A DNA stretch of 29,304 nucleotides from Candidatus Iainarchaeum sp. (GTDB taxonomy: Archaea; Iainarchaeota; Iainarchaeia; Iainarchaeales; Iainarchaeaceae), in NCBI GenBank assembly GCA_043812975.1, contig JBDRLP010000040.1, positions 1 to 29,304 on the forward strand, read 5' to 3'. Position numbers and translations under genes: made by a program. Numbering within the stretch: position 1 is the first letter of the stretch; every line of letters starts with the position of its first letter. Below are positions 10,123 through 19,479 of the stretch, piece after piece. The notes beneath the pieces are model-generated. The model worked only from the letters and a program-made list of their open reading frames with translations. It did no database searches and had not been told where the DNA came from.

Positions 10123-10811
10123 TTGCGGTTCCAATAGTTGCTAATACTGTTACTGAAGCTATAGAACAAATTGATCTTGCTAATAAGGAAGCTGATGCAA
10201 TTGAACTAAGGCTTGATTATTTCAGGGAATTAAGTGAAACTGATTTGAAAAAATTGATTAGTAAATGTAAAAAACAAATTATTTGTACCTGCAGGAGAAA
10301 AGAAGAAGGTGGTTTATTTAATGAAACTGAATCCAAAAGAATTTCACTTTTAAAAAAGTGCATGAAACTTAAAGTTGATTTTATTGATCTTGAATTCGGA
10401 ACCAGCAAAACTCAGAAAGATAAAATTTTCGAGTACAGAAAAGAACATAAATTAAAAACCAAAATTATTATTTCAAAACATTTCTATGGATTTACTCCTC
10501 AGTTACACGATTTAGAAAAACTTCTGGAAAAAATGAAAAAAAAAGCAGATGTTGTTAAAATTATTACAAAAGCAAATGGCCACGAGGATAATAAAATAAT
10601 TTTTTCTCTTCTTAGGCATGCGAAAAGAAAAGGAATTAAACTTATTTCATTCTGTATGGGCATCATGGGAAGAGATTCAAGGATTCTTGCAATGCCATTA
10701 GGAAGTTTTCTTACTTTTGCTTCTTTACAAAAAGGAAATGAAAGTGCTGACGGACAAATACCTATTGTTGAAATGAAAAAAATCTATTCTGGTTTGAGGA
10801 TGATGTTTTGA
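10119..10811 (+). CDS. aroD: Type I 3-dehydroquinate dehydratase
   Basis: ADAIELRLD, TCRRKEEGG, FCMGIMGRDSR and SADGQI motifs. Confidence 0.93.
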   Translation: MIAVPIVANTVTEAIEQIDLANKEADAIELRLDYFRELSETDLKKLISKCKKQIICTCRRKEEGGLFNETESKRISLLKKCMKLKVDFIDLEFGTSKTQKDKIFEYRKEHKLKTKIIISKHFYGFTPQLHDLEKLLEKMKKKADVVKIITKANGHEDNKIIFSLLRHAKRKGIKLISFCMGIMGRDSRILAMPLGSFLTFASLQKGNESADGQIPIVEMKKIYSGLRMMF

Positions 10812-11161
10812 TGCCACATGAACGCCCTAAAAGAGAGATTGTAAAGGAACTCCAAAAAGCTAGACGTCCTCAGCCTGAATTTCGACACGATCCAAGGCGA
10901 AATGCAGCAGTATTAGGAATTGAAGCCCTAATAAAAATTGCTATTGATACACCTAAAGGGCAAAAACCTCCGCTAAAAATATTAGTTATAGCTATTGACC
11001 TTTTTGAGGAAGAATATAAAGGTCGATTAACAGACCCCCAACAAAAGTTGATTATTTTCTTAAGAAAACAAATAGAAGAACAAGATTTAGATGCTTTATC
11101 TAAACTACTTCACCAGAACACTTGTTTTTTAAAATTAGCACCAATAGGAGTGAAAAAATGA
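10811..11161 (+). CDS. Hypothetical protein inserted between aroD and aroE
   Basis: ATG 10811 overlaps the aroD TGA and its stop overlaps the aroE ATG; ~116 aa, no motif. Confidence 0.7.
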   Translation: MPHERPKREIVKELQKARRPQPEFRHDPRRNAAVLGIEALIKIAIDTPKGQKPPLKILVIAIDLFEEEYKGRLTDPQQKLIIFLRKQIEEQDLDALSKLLHQNTCFLKLAPIGVKK

Positions 11162-11973
11162 TTGATTCAAAAACAAAACTTGTAGCACTATTGGGAAAAC
11201 CAGTAAGGCATTCTTTGAGTCCTGTAATGCAGAATGCTGGATTTAATGCTTTGGGTTTGAATTACGTATACCTTGCTTTTGAACCTGAGAACCTGAAAAA
11301 GGCTGTTGAGGGTTTAAAGGAAATGGAAGTTGCTGGTTTTAATATTACAATGCCGTTCAAAACAGAAATAATGAATTACCTTGATAGAATAGACCCTATT
11401 GCAAAAAAAATCGGAGCGGTTAACACGGTTGTAAATACGCGCAATGGTTTGGTTGGTTACAATACTGATGGTGTTGGTGCTGTGGAATCACTAAAAAAAA
11501 TTACTTCTCTTAAGGGAAAAAAAGTACTTTTAATAGGAGCTGGCGGAGCTGGAAAATCAATCGGGTTTTATCTGAAAAAAGAAGGTGCAAAAATAACAGT
11601 TGCAAACAAACCTGAATTACAGGCAATAAAACTTGCAAAACTTTTAGGGGAAAAAAGCATTCCGATTGATTCAATAAATTCACTTGAAGAATTTGATATT
11701 CTTATCAATGCAACTCCCATAGGAATGAAACCAAATACTAATCAAACTGCAATTCCAACAAAATTATTAACAAAAAAGATTATTGTATTTGATATTATTT
11801 ATAATCCAATGGAAACAAAATTACTAAAAGAAGCAAAAAAGAAAGGATGCAAAACAATTAATGGTTTGGAAATGCTTCTCAATCAAGGTTATGCGGGTTT
11901 CAAATTATTCACGGGAAAAGAAGCGCCAAAAAATGAAATGAGAAATGCAATTATGAAGGAGCTGAAAAAATGA
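11158..11973 (+). CDS. aroE: Shikimate dehydrogenase
   Basis: HSLSPVMQN, NITMPFK, GAVNT, GYNTDG, GAGGAG and NATPIGM motifs. Start moved to ATG 11158, which follows a GGAGTGA RBS. Confidence 0.96.
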   Translation: MIDSKTKLVALLGKPVRHSLSPVMQNAGFNALGLNYVYLAFEPENLKKAVEGLKEMEVAGFNITMPFKTEIMNYLDRIDPIAKKIGAVNTVVNTRNGLVGYNTDGVGAVESLKKITSLKGKKVLLIGAGGAGKSIGFYLKKEGAKITVANKPELQAIKLAKLLGEKSIPIDSINSLEEFDILINATPIGMKPNTNQTAIPTKLLTKKIIVFDIIYNPMETKLLKEAKKKGCKTINGLEMLLNQGYAGFKLFTGKEAPKNEMRNAIMKELKK

Positions 11974-13040
11974 CAGCAAACGAATTTGGAAAAAGTTTCA
12001 AAATAATTACTTTTGGGGAATCCCACGGAACAGGAATCGGAGTAGTCATCGACGGAGTTAAAGCAGGAATGCGGATTTCTGTGCGCGATATTCAGAAAGA
12101 ACTTGACAGAAGAAGACCAGGGCAAAGCAAAATATCAACTCAGAGAAAAGAACCTGATTCTGTTGAAATAATTTCAGGAATCTTTAAAGGAAAAACATTG
12201 GGAACACCAATATGCTTACTTATTCGCAACAAGGATTATCGCTCAAAAGATTATTCTGAAATAAAAAAACTTTTCAGACCGGGACACGCGGGTTACACTT
12301 ATTTGAAAAAGTACGGAATAAGAGATCACAGGGGTGGAGGAAGAAGCTCCGGAAGAGAAACAGCAGCAAGAGTTGCTGCAGGAGCTATTGCAAAAAAACA
12401 GCTTGCAAAAAAACGAATTAAAATTATCGGGCATGTAAAAGCAATTGCAGGAATTGAAGCAAAAAAGTTTGATGAAAAAGAAATTGAAAAAAATCCTGTG
12501 AGATGTGCTGATAAAAATATAGCAAAAAAAATGGAAAAAGCGATTATTAATGCAAGTAAAAAGAAAGATTCTGTCGGAGGAATTGTTGAGGTTATTGTGA
12601 AAGGCGTTCCTGTTGGTCTGGGCGAACCGGTTTTTTCAAAACTTGATGCTGAACTTGCAAAGGCTTTGATGAGTATTGGTGCGGTGAAAGGATTTGAAAT
12701 TGGAACTGGTTTCGCGTGTGCGGAAATGAAAGGCTCTGAATTTAATGATGAAATCAGAAAAATAAAGGGGAAGGTGAAGTTTCTGTCAAATAATTCAGGC
12801 GGTATTTTAGGCGGAATTTCCAATGGAGATGACATTATACTAAGAATAGCTGTAAAGCCAACAGCTTCTATTTCCCAAAAACAGAAAACCATTGATAAGA
12901 GCCTGAAAAACGCGTTTATTGAGACTAAAGGAAGACATGACCCTTGTATTTGTCCAAGGATTGTACCTGTAGCTGAAGCTATGGTGGCTCTGGTATTACA
13001 GGATATGATTCAAACCCAAAAATCAAGGAAATCGAAATAA
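11970..13040 (+). CDS. aroC: Chorismate synthase
   Basis: TFGESHG, RRRPGQS, RPGHA, RGGGRSSGRET, GGILGGIS and GRHDPC motifs. Confidence 0.98.
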   Translation: MTANEFGKSFKIITFGESHGTGIGVVIDGVKAGMRISVRDIQKELDRRRPGQSKISTQRKEPDSVEIISGIFKGKTLGTPICLLIRNKDYRSKDYSEIKKLFRPGHAGYTYLKKYGIRDHRGGGRSSGRETAARVAAGAIAKKQLAKKRIKIIGHVKAIAGIEAKKFDEKEIEKNPVRCADKNIAKKMEKAIINASKKKDSVGGIVEVIVKGVPVGLGEPVFSKLDAELAKALMSIGAVKGFEIGTGFACAEMKGSEFNDEIRKIKGKVKFLSNNSGGILGGISNGDDIILRIAVKPTASISQKQKTIDKSLKNAFIETKGRHDPCICPRIVPVAEAMVALVLQDMIQTQKSRKSK

Positions 13041-13065
13041 AAACTGAACGGAATTTAATTTTCTC

Positions 13066-14820
13066 ATGGTTTCAACTTTTTCTTTTCACGGAAAGCAAGC
13101 TATTATCAGAACCAGCAGACTTGACTGGAGTGAAAAAGATACTATTATTGAAAGCGAATTATTCAGAACAGTTCTTAGCAAATATATGAACTCACTAAGA
13201 AAACATGACTCAGAACTCATTTCTATTTTTCCTGAGAAAGACCCTGAAAAGCAGGTTGAAAATGCTTTAAATCTTTTAAAGAAGCTGACAAAAAAGCACA
13301 GGAAGAAAATTGTAGAGAAAGAACCTGAGCTTGAAAAATATTTTTCAGATATTTATTTGATTGACCAGTTTATAGAACATCTTTATAATTATTGGAGGAG
13401 CTTTGAAAGATATTTGGTGTTGCATTCAAATGCAACACGTCCAAGTGAAGAACACATTGATAAACAACCTTACAGGATTTTTAATGATACAATTGAGGAA
13501 CTAAACCACCAGACAAGAAGTGTTTACAGAGATATTCGTGAAAACATTACTGGTGAGCACCCGATTATTTTCAGACAGATGCCTGCAGGGTGTCAGGTAG
13601 GAATTATTGCTGCACGTAAAGAATTAAAGTTGCCTAAAGAGTATTCTGCACTAAAAAAAATTCCTACAATAAGACAGGTTTTCATAGAACCGCCACTTAT
13701 ACTAGATCCGCCAATGAACAAGAGAAAAGGAATGTTCAAATTAGTTGATTCAAACCCGCTTGACGGAATTGATTTGAACGGTGATGAGTGGCTGTGCTTT
13801 CCTGCAAAAGTAGGCGAACTGAACATTCACCTTTATTTCCACGAGTATTACACAGGCTTAGGAATTTCAACTTCAAATTTGTTTGAGCTGTGTGATGATG
13901 AAGACTTAAAGAAGAAACCAGATGCAATTTATGCTTTCGGCGTTCCTGATTCTGCTTTGGAAAAGTATTCTGAAAAAACAATTTTTTATCATGATAAAAA
14001 AAATGATCTCATGGTAGGAGCTTTGCCTGTTGCTGATGAGTTTGGTTATTTTGGTTATGTGAAAAAAATGATGTTAACCCTTTACAATTCAATAATGATT
14101 CAAAAAGGAAGGCTTCCTGTGCACGGAGCAATGACAAGAATAACTTTGAAGGACGGGTCAAAGGCAAACGTAATTATTATGGGTGATTCAGGCACTGGAA
14201 AAAGCGAATCTCTGGAAGCATTCAGAATTCTTGGTGATGAATACATAAAGGACATGCCTATTATTTTTGACGACATGGGTTCACTCAGTCTTGATGATGG
14301 CAAAATAAAGGCTTTTGGAACTGAAACAGGTGCTTTTGTGAGACTTGATGATTTGGATGCTGGTTATGCCTTTGGAAACATTGATCGTTCAATTATAATG
14401 AGTCCTTCAAAAGTAAATGCTAGAGCAGTGCTGCCTATAACCACCTTAAAGGAAATTCTTTCGGGTTGGCCGGTGGATTTCTTTTTATATGCAAACAATT
14501 ATGACGAGGTAAAAAACGGAGCTTACATTAAAAAATTTGATAGCCCTGAAGCAGCAATGAGTGTTTTCAAAGAAGGTAAAAGAATGGCTAAAGGAACAAC
14601 AGTTGACACAGGGATTGTTGGAGCTTATTATGCAAACATCTTTGGCCCAGCACAATTTCAAAAAGAGCATGATGTTCTTGCTGAAAAATATTTCAAAGCA
14701 CTTTTTGATACAGGTGTTTTTGTCGGGCAGATAAATACACAGCTTGGAGTTAAGGGAATGGAAAGAGAAGGCCCACAGAAAGCTGCAAAAGAATTATTTG
14801 AAATTATAAAGAAAAAATAG
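13066..14820 (+). CDS. Phosphoenolpyruvate carboxykinase-like protein (divergent ATP-type family)
   Basis: YFGYVKKMMLT, LPVHGAM, GDSGTGKSE P-loop, IFDDMG and GTETGAFVRLDDL motifs. Confidence 0.75.
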   Translation: MVSTFSFHGKQAIIRTSRLDWSEKDTIIESELFRTVLSKYMNSLRKHDSELISIFPEKDPEKQVENALNLLKKLTKKHRKKIVEKEPELEKYFSDIYLIDQFIEHLYNYWRSFERYLVLHSNATRPSEEHIDKQPYRIFNDTIEELNHQTRSVYRDIRENITGEHPIIFRQMPAGCQVGIIAARKELKLPKEYSALKKIPTIRQVFIEPPLILDPPMNKRKGMFKLVDSNPLDGIDLNGDEWLCFPAKVGELNIHLYFHEYYTGLGISTSNLFELCDDEDLKKKPDAIYAFGVPDSALEKYSEKTIFYHDKKNDLMVGALPVADEFGYFGYVKKMMLTLYNSIMIQKGRLPVHGAMTRITLKDGSKANVIIMGDSGTGKSESLEAFRILGDEYIKDMPIIFDDMGSLSLDDGKIKAFGTETGAFVRLDDLDAGYAFGNIDRSIIMSPSKVNARAVLPITTLKEILSGWPVDFFLYANNYDEVKNGAYIKKFDSPEAAMSVFKEGKRMAKGTTVDTGIVGAYYANIFGPAQFQKEHDVLAEKYFKALFDTGVFVGQINTQLGVKGMEREGPQKAAKELFEIIKKK

Positions 14821-14829
14821 TTAAAAAAT

Positions 14830-15825
14830 TTATTTAGTAATTTTTTGGAAAGGTGAATAATTAATCTTATTAATTTTTGTGAAAATAAAATAATTATAAT
14901 CTTTGATTTTATCAGAAAACTTTTCCTTAAACCTTGACATTACTTCCAGAAACTCTGCATGCTTCTGGGCTACAAGCTCTATTTCAAAATCCGAATATGA
15001 AATACTCTCATCAACATAAATTGAGTTTGGGTTAGTTTTTGCAAACTCAAGCATTTCAGCATAATTTTCCAGATCTTTGAGATCAAAGTTTGCCTTATAA
15101 TGTGTCAACCCAAGTTTTTGAAGATTGATTCTGGTTCTGAAACCGAGAATAACTTTCTTTTCCCGAAGCTGTTTAATAGCGTACTTTACCTGGATTGCAC
15201 TTAAGCCTGCTTGTTTGGCTATCTCAACAGTAGGCATCCTTGCATTTTCAGAAATAATTTCAAGTACTTTTTCCTCAGTTCCTGTAAGTAATATTTTTTC
15301 TGCCGGCAATATACCTTGCGTTGATCTTTCAAGGACTTTTTCAGGCATAAAAAACGCATAGCTAAAATCATGTAACCCAACGTAAACTGAAATAACTTTT
15401 TCCTGAATATATTTCTGGTACTTATTTACAAAGCCATCCCAGAAATCCTTGAGCTCTAAAGTATTTTTTGCCCATATCAACACAGTAAGGTCAAAGGCAC
15501 CGTCAGTCGTACCGACCCACCATGTCAGAGGATGCTTCACCATATAGGAAAGGATTTCATTTTCTTTTTTCGGATTGATGTACTGCCACTTAAAGTAGAA
15601 TCTGTAACTCTGGTAACCAAGCTTAGTGGAGTTTATCACAGTATAAAAGCCACGAATAATATTTTTTTCCATGAGCCTGTTTATCCTGTAATTAACTACA
15701 TTTTTGTCAATACCTATTTTATCTGCTAATTTACTATTGCTCTGTCTTGCATCCCTGTCCAATTCAAACAGGATTTCATGGTCTTTTTTGTTCAAATCTG
15801 GAAAATTAAAAGAAAAACTACTCAT
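14830..15825 (-). CDS. Tandem-domain Lrp/AsnC-family transcriptional regulator
   Basis: Two HTH modules (LDRDARQSNSKLADKIG...VNYRINRL and ISENARMPTVEIAKQAG...VKYAIKQL), each followed by a RAM-like domain. ATG at 15825 preferred as start. Confidence 0.88.
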   Translation of the reverse strand: MSSFSFNFPDLNKKDHEILFELDRDARQSNSKLADKIGIDKNVVNYRINRLMEKNIIRGFYTVINSTKLGYQSYRFYFKWQYINPKKENEILSYMVKHPLTWWVGTTDGAFDLTVLIWAKNTLELKDFWDGFVNKYQKYIQEKVISVYVGLHDFSYAFFMPEKVLERSTQGILPAEKILLTGTEEKVLEIISENARMPTVEIAKQAGLSAIQVKYAIKQLREKKVILGFRTRINLQKLGLTHYKANFDLKDLENYAEMLEFAKTNPNSIYVDESISYSDFEIELVAQKHAEFLEVMSRFKEKFSDKIKDYNYFIFTKINKINYSPFQKITK

Positions 15826-15873
15826 TAAAGAATATTGATAAAACAAGTATAATAATTTATCATTTTGACCTAA

Positions 15874-15898
15874 TTTACTAGTAAAAGTTTAATTAAAC
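15874..15898. promoter_or_regulatory. Two adjacent perfect 12-bp palindromes in a divergent promoter region (candidate operators)
   Basis: TTTACTAGTAAA (15874-15885) and GTTTAATTAAAC (15887-15898). Confidence 0.4.
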
Positions 15899-15940
15899 AA
15901 GTAAAGCATAATAATACTATTAACCTTGATCGGTGATTAG

Positions 15941-16693
15941 ATGAAAAAGAATTTGCACTCTAGCAATCTTGTTGAAATGTGGGGAGATTTTATTGACTGG
16001 GAAGCCAGAAGGAAAGGGGAAAATGGTTTCCTTGAGAATACCCTAAGAGAAAACAAGTGCACAAAGATTTTTGACTCAACTTTGGGGGACGGCTGTGACT
16101 CAGTACATCTGATAAAAAAAGGATTTGATGTAACCAGTAATGAAGTTGATTCCAATTTCCTTGCCAAGGCTATCCAGAATTCAAAAAACCACAATGTTAA
16201 ACTGAAAGTTACTGAACACGATTGGAGAAATGTTTCTGAACATTTAGGGATTAACGTTTTTGATGCTGTGCTTTGCCTTGGAAATTCTATTGCTTATCTT
16301 TTCAAAAAAAATGACCGTCTGAAATCAATAAAAGAATTTTTCCGTATTTTAAAACCTGGCGGAATCCTAATTATTGACGAAAGAAACCATCGCTATCTCC
16401 TCAACAACCGCGAGGAAATTTTGAATGGAAATTTCAAGTACAAGGGAAAATATGTTTACTGCGGGAAACATGTAAAGGGCTTTCCAATTGAAATATCTGA
16501 TGACTTGTTCAAAATGAAATATGTTGATAACCGTAATGGAAAATTTGCCTCTCTGGATATTTATCCATATAAGGAAAATGAGCTTGAAAACGAGTTAAAG
16601 AACGCAGGTTTTGCAGACATAACCTTGTTTGCAGATTACAGTAAAACTCCTGAAGGAACTCCTGATTTTTTCCAGTACATTGCAAAGAAGTGA
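15941..16693 (+). CDS. Class I SAM-dependent methyltransferase, glycine/sarcosine N-methyltransferase-like
   Basis: WGDFIDWEARRKGE N-terminus, FDAVLCLGNS, LKPGGILIIDERN and PDFFQYIAKK resemble the GSMT family; GGTGA RBS. Confidence 0.8.
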   Translation: MKKNLHSSNLVEMWGDFIDWEARRKGENGFLENTLRENKCTKIFDSTLGDGCDSVHLIKKGFDVTSNEVDSNFLAKAIQNSKNHNVKLKVTEHDWRNVSEHLGINVFDAVLCLGNSIAYLFKKNDRLKSIKEFFRILKPGGILIIDERNHRYLLNNREEILNGNFKYKGKYVYCGKHVKGFPIEISDDLFKMKYVDNRNGKFASLDIYPYKENELENELKNAGFADITLFADYSKTPEGTPDFFQYIAKK

Positions 16694-16697
16694 TTGG

Positions 16698-18146
16698 ATG
16701 AAAATAGGTCTTGTTCATCCAAATTGTGATAGTGTCCATAAAAAACAAAGACAGGCTTACGGCCCTTTAGAAAGGCCACCGGAAACAGGTCTGGCAGTTT
16801 TAAGTTCATGGATCAAAGAATACTCTGTCAATGATCACGAGATAACTGTTTTCAACCCTAATAAATCAATAAAGGAACTTGCCAGGCAGGCATCACAATG
16901 TGATTTATTGGGAATGACTAACTGGTTTGCCAATCACGGTTATTGCATAGAAATATCCAGGCTTGCAAAACAAATTAACCCTGAATTGAAAGTTGTTTTC
17001 GGCGGTCCAAATGCTTCAATGATTCCAAAAGAAATTTTTCATAATAACTCCCATGTTGACTATGTTGTAAACCGCGATGGGGAAGATGCATTGCTTTCCA
17101 TTGCGGATGAAAAACCATTAAGCTTAGTTCCAAATTTGTGGTTTAAAGACAGTTATAATAATCCACGGTTTACTTTTCAATCTTACACTGATTTGTCAAA
17201 AATGCCTTTGTGGAATTATTCTAATTTTGAGGATGTGGAAAAAAGATTTTCTGAATATTTGCATGTGCAAAAAACAGGTTTGGATCCATGGCTTACTCCT
17301 CCATTGACGCTTTTCAGTTTTAGGGGCTGCCTGAAAGCCATTAGGGAAGGAATCTGCAGTTACTGCACTTCATCTGAAGCAACAGGAAGAATGTTATCTG
17401 CTCAAAAATTCTGGGATCAGATAATGCACTTGAATAATAATTATGATGCAGAAATTTTTTACATGGCTGACGATATTTTCCCTGTAAGTCCTATTAGAAT
17501 AAATACTTTAGCAAATGCAAAGCCTCATGAAGCAAGAGCAAAAATAAGGGCTTACGCATATCTCCCTTATCTTTCAAAGCTGGCAGATTCCCAGTTAACC
17601 CGAATGGCACATGACCTACAAAAAATTGGAGTATTCAATTTGTTTTTTGGCGCAGAAAACTATGATGAAAACATTCTAAAGAATATCAATAAAACAGGAA
17701 TTAGCGTTGAGGAAACTGCCAGAATAATGAAACTGTTTTACAAGGAAGGCGGAATAAAATCCACAGTTGCTTTTATGCTTGGGTTGCCTGGAGAATCAAA
17801 ACAAACCATGGAGTATAATAAAAATGTTCTTAAGAGACTTCTCGAATCAGGCTGCTTTGAGAGACTTTACATTTCTATTGCTGCTCCTTTTAAAGGAAGT
17901 TTTTGGTGTAAAAGCCTTGAGTCAGATAAAAAATTCCTTGCAGACTATGAGACTGCTACAGGCAAGAATCTGCAGTTTGATGATGCTCCTGATTATGGGT
18001 TGCTTTCAAGGTTGTCCATTAAGCACAAAACCTCAACAAATCCCGAGGAACTTATCAATTATTTTGAGTCAATGATTGACATGGCTTTACAGTATATGCC
18101 TGAATATAGAGTAGGTGGATTTTTAACCGATTTTGGAGTTAACTGA
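16698..18146 (+). CDS. B12-binding-domain radical SAM protein
   Basis: N-terminal cobalamin-binding domain (VVFGGPNAS, DYVVNRDGE), then RGC-x8-C-x2-C, MADDIF, FGAEN and FMLGLPGES. ATG 16698 preferred over the TTG at 16629. Confidence 0.85.
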   Translation: MKIGLVHPNCDSVHKKQRQAYGPLERPPETGLAVLSSWIKEYSVNDHEITVFNPNKSIKELARQASQCDLLGMTNWFANHGYCIEISRLAKQINPELKVVFGGPNASMIPKEIFHNNSHVDYVVNRDGEDALLSIADEKPLSLVPNLWFKDSYNNPRFTFQSYTDLSKMPLWNYSNFEDVEKRFSEYLHVQKTGLDPWLTPPLTLFSFRGCLKAIREGICSYCTSSEATGRMLSAQKFWDQIMHLNNNYDAEIFYMADDIFPVSPIRINTLANAKPHEARAKIRAYAYLPYLSKLADSQLTRMAHDLQKIGVFNLFFGAENYDENILKNINKTGISVEETARIMKLFYKEGGIKSTVAFMLGLPGESKQTMEYNKNVLKRLLESGCFERLYISIAAPFKGSFWCKSLESDKKFLADYETATGKNLQFDDAPDYGLLSRLSIKHKTSTNPEELINYFESMIDMALQYMPEYRVGGFLTDFGVN

Positions 18147-18153
18147 TTTAGAT

Positions 18154-18181
18154 GATTGTGAATACGCGAATACTTACAATT
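18154..18181. terminator. Hairpin between convergent genes, possible terminator
   Basis: GATTGTGAATA-CGCGAA-TACTTACAATT imperfect stem. Confidence 0.35.
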
Positions 18182-18222
18182 AAAAATTTCTAGGGCAACT
18201 GTAACTGAGGCTAATGTTGATT

Positions 18223-19215
18223 TTAGGATTCCCACGGGAAGAGAATGAGCTTGTATTCCTTGTAGTAAAGCATTATTTCAAAATCCCTCACAATGTCATT
18301 GAACTTGTACCTCATATCATTCATAAACTCCTGGAGTTCAGAACTGTTCCTGAAGAAACCCTCTATTTCAAGATCAGCACCACCTATGAGCTCATCCGTG
18401 TAAACAATGTTAGGATGCTGAATACAATAATTATTTAGTTCATTGAATCTTTTTTCCGAATAATCCTTAAAGGAAGCGTGTATTTTCCAGTACTCATAAC
18501 CTATTTTGGAGAGGTCAAGCTGCACACCATAACTTCCAATAACTCTCTCCTTTTCTAAATTTTTTATTCGATAAGAAACAACCTTGTCACTTGCTCCAAC
18601 CTGTTGTGCAATTGAGATTAATGGTTCACGCGCATGCTCGGAAAGAACGCTAAGTATTTTCACATCAAGATCATCAAAATCAATTTTTTCACTACCACCC
18701 ATTACAAACGGTTCAAATGATTCTGGTTTTTTTCCAACAAGAAATCCTTTTGGTAGATTGATGAACCAGCCAAAAAGAGATGTCCAGCGATTGGAAATAT
18801 AGTTTCCATAAAGTTTTTTGAATTCTTTCCAGAATTTGAAAAAGTGATTGGTGCTTTTTGCCCAGTAAATGAAATTAATATCCCAGTTGCCCTGCACTTT
18901 TGCACACCAGCCAACCTGCTTTTGGGAAACTATATAATCTATAAGTTCTTTCTCTTTTTCAGGAGTAATGTTCTGCAACCTGAGAAAAGTTCTGAACATC
19001 TCAAGACCCATTTTTGAAGCATCAACTCTCGCGTAAAAACTCCTGATGACACCTTCTTCAGTAAGCTTGTTTATTCTATAATTAACTACTTCCTTGCTCA
19101 AACCAACTTTCTTTCCTATCTGGGAAAGGGACTGCCTTGCATCAAGATCCAGTTCATAAAGGATTTTTCTATCTTTAACATCTAATTCCAATACTTTTTC
19201 AACCATATTTACCAT
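18223..19215 (-). CDS. Tandem-domain Lrp/AsnC-family transcriptional regulator
   Basis: LDVKDRKILYELDLDARQSLSQIGKKVGLSKEVVNYRI plus a second HTH; paralog of 14830-15825. Confidence 0.9.
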   Translation of the reverse strand: MVNMVEKVLELDVKDRKILYELDLDARQSLSQIGKKVGLSKEVVNYRINKLTEEGVIRSFYARVDASKMGLEMFRTFLRLQNITPEKEKELIDYIVSQKQVGWCAKVQGNWDINFIYWAKSTNHFFKFWKEFKKLYGNYISNRWTSLFGWFINLPKGFLVGKKPESFEPFVMGGSEKIDFDDLDVKILSVLSEHAREPLISIAQQVGASDKVVSYRIKNLEKERVIGSYGVQLDLSKIGYEYWKIHASFKDYSEKRFNELNNYCIQHPNIVYTDELIGGADLEIEGFFRNSSELQEFMNDMRYKFNDIVRDFEIMLYYKEYKLILFPWES

Positions 19216-19323
19216 TCAGAGAAAATAGTATATTAATGTTTCTATTTGATAAAAAATTCATTAAAATCTTTTAAATATCAGAAACACAGCAATTACTTCA
19301 GTAACTGTAAAAAGTGATGGAAA

Positions 19324-19467
19324 GTGTATATGTGTTCATATTGTGGGAAAAAAATGGAAGCAGATGTTTTTGGTGATGCAACTAGGCATCTTTCAAGCCA
19401 CACAGGGATTTATTGTAAACTTATTCGCGTACATGAAAATAAAGAACATACAATGAAATACTCGTAA
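19324..19467 (+). CDS. Small C2H2-type zinc-finger protein (~45-47 aa)
   Basis: Manual translation (GTG 19324 or ATG 19330): YMCSYCGKKMEADVFGDATRHLSSHTGIYCKLIRVHENKEHTMKYS. Confidence 0.6.
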   Translation: MYMCSYCGKKMEADVFGDATRHLSSHTGIYCKLIRVHENKEHTMKYS

Positions 19468-19479
19468 AAAGGTGAAAAA

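Noticed and set aside
11122..11157. Extended N-termini from TTG starts (aroE here; likewise leuC 22528, radical SAM 16629, regulator 15846)
   Set aside because: Downstream ATGs fit the RBS position, coupling or family N-termini better.
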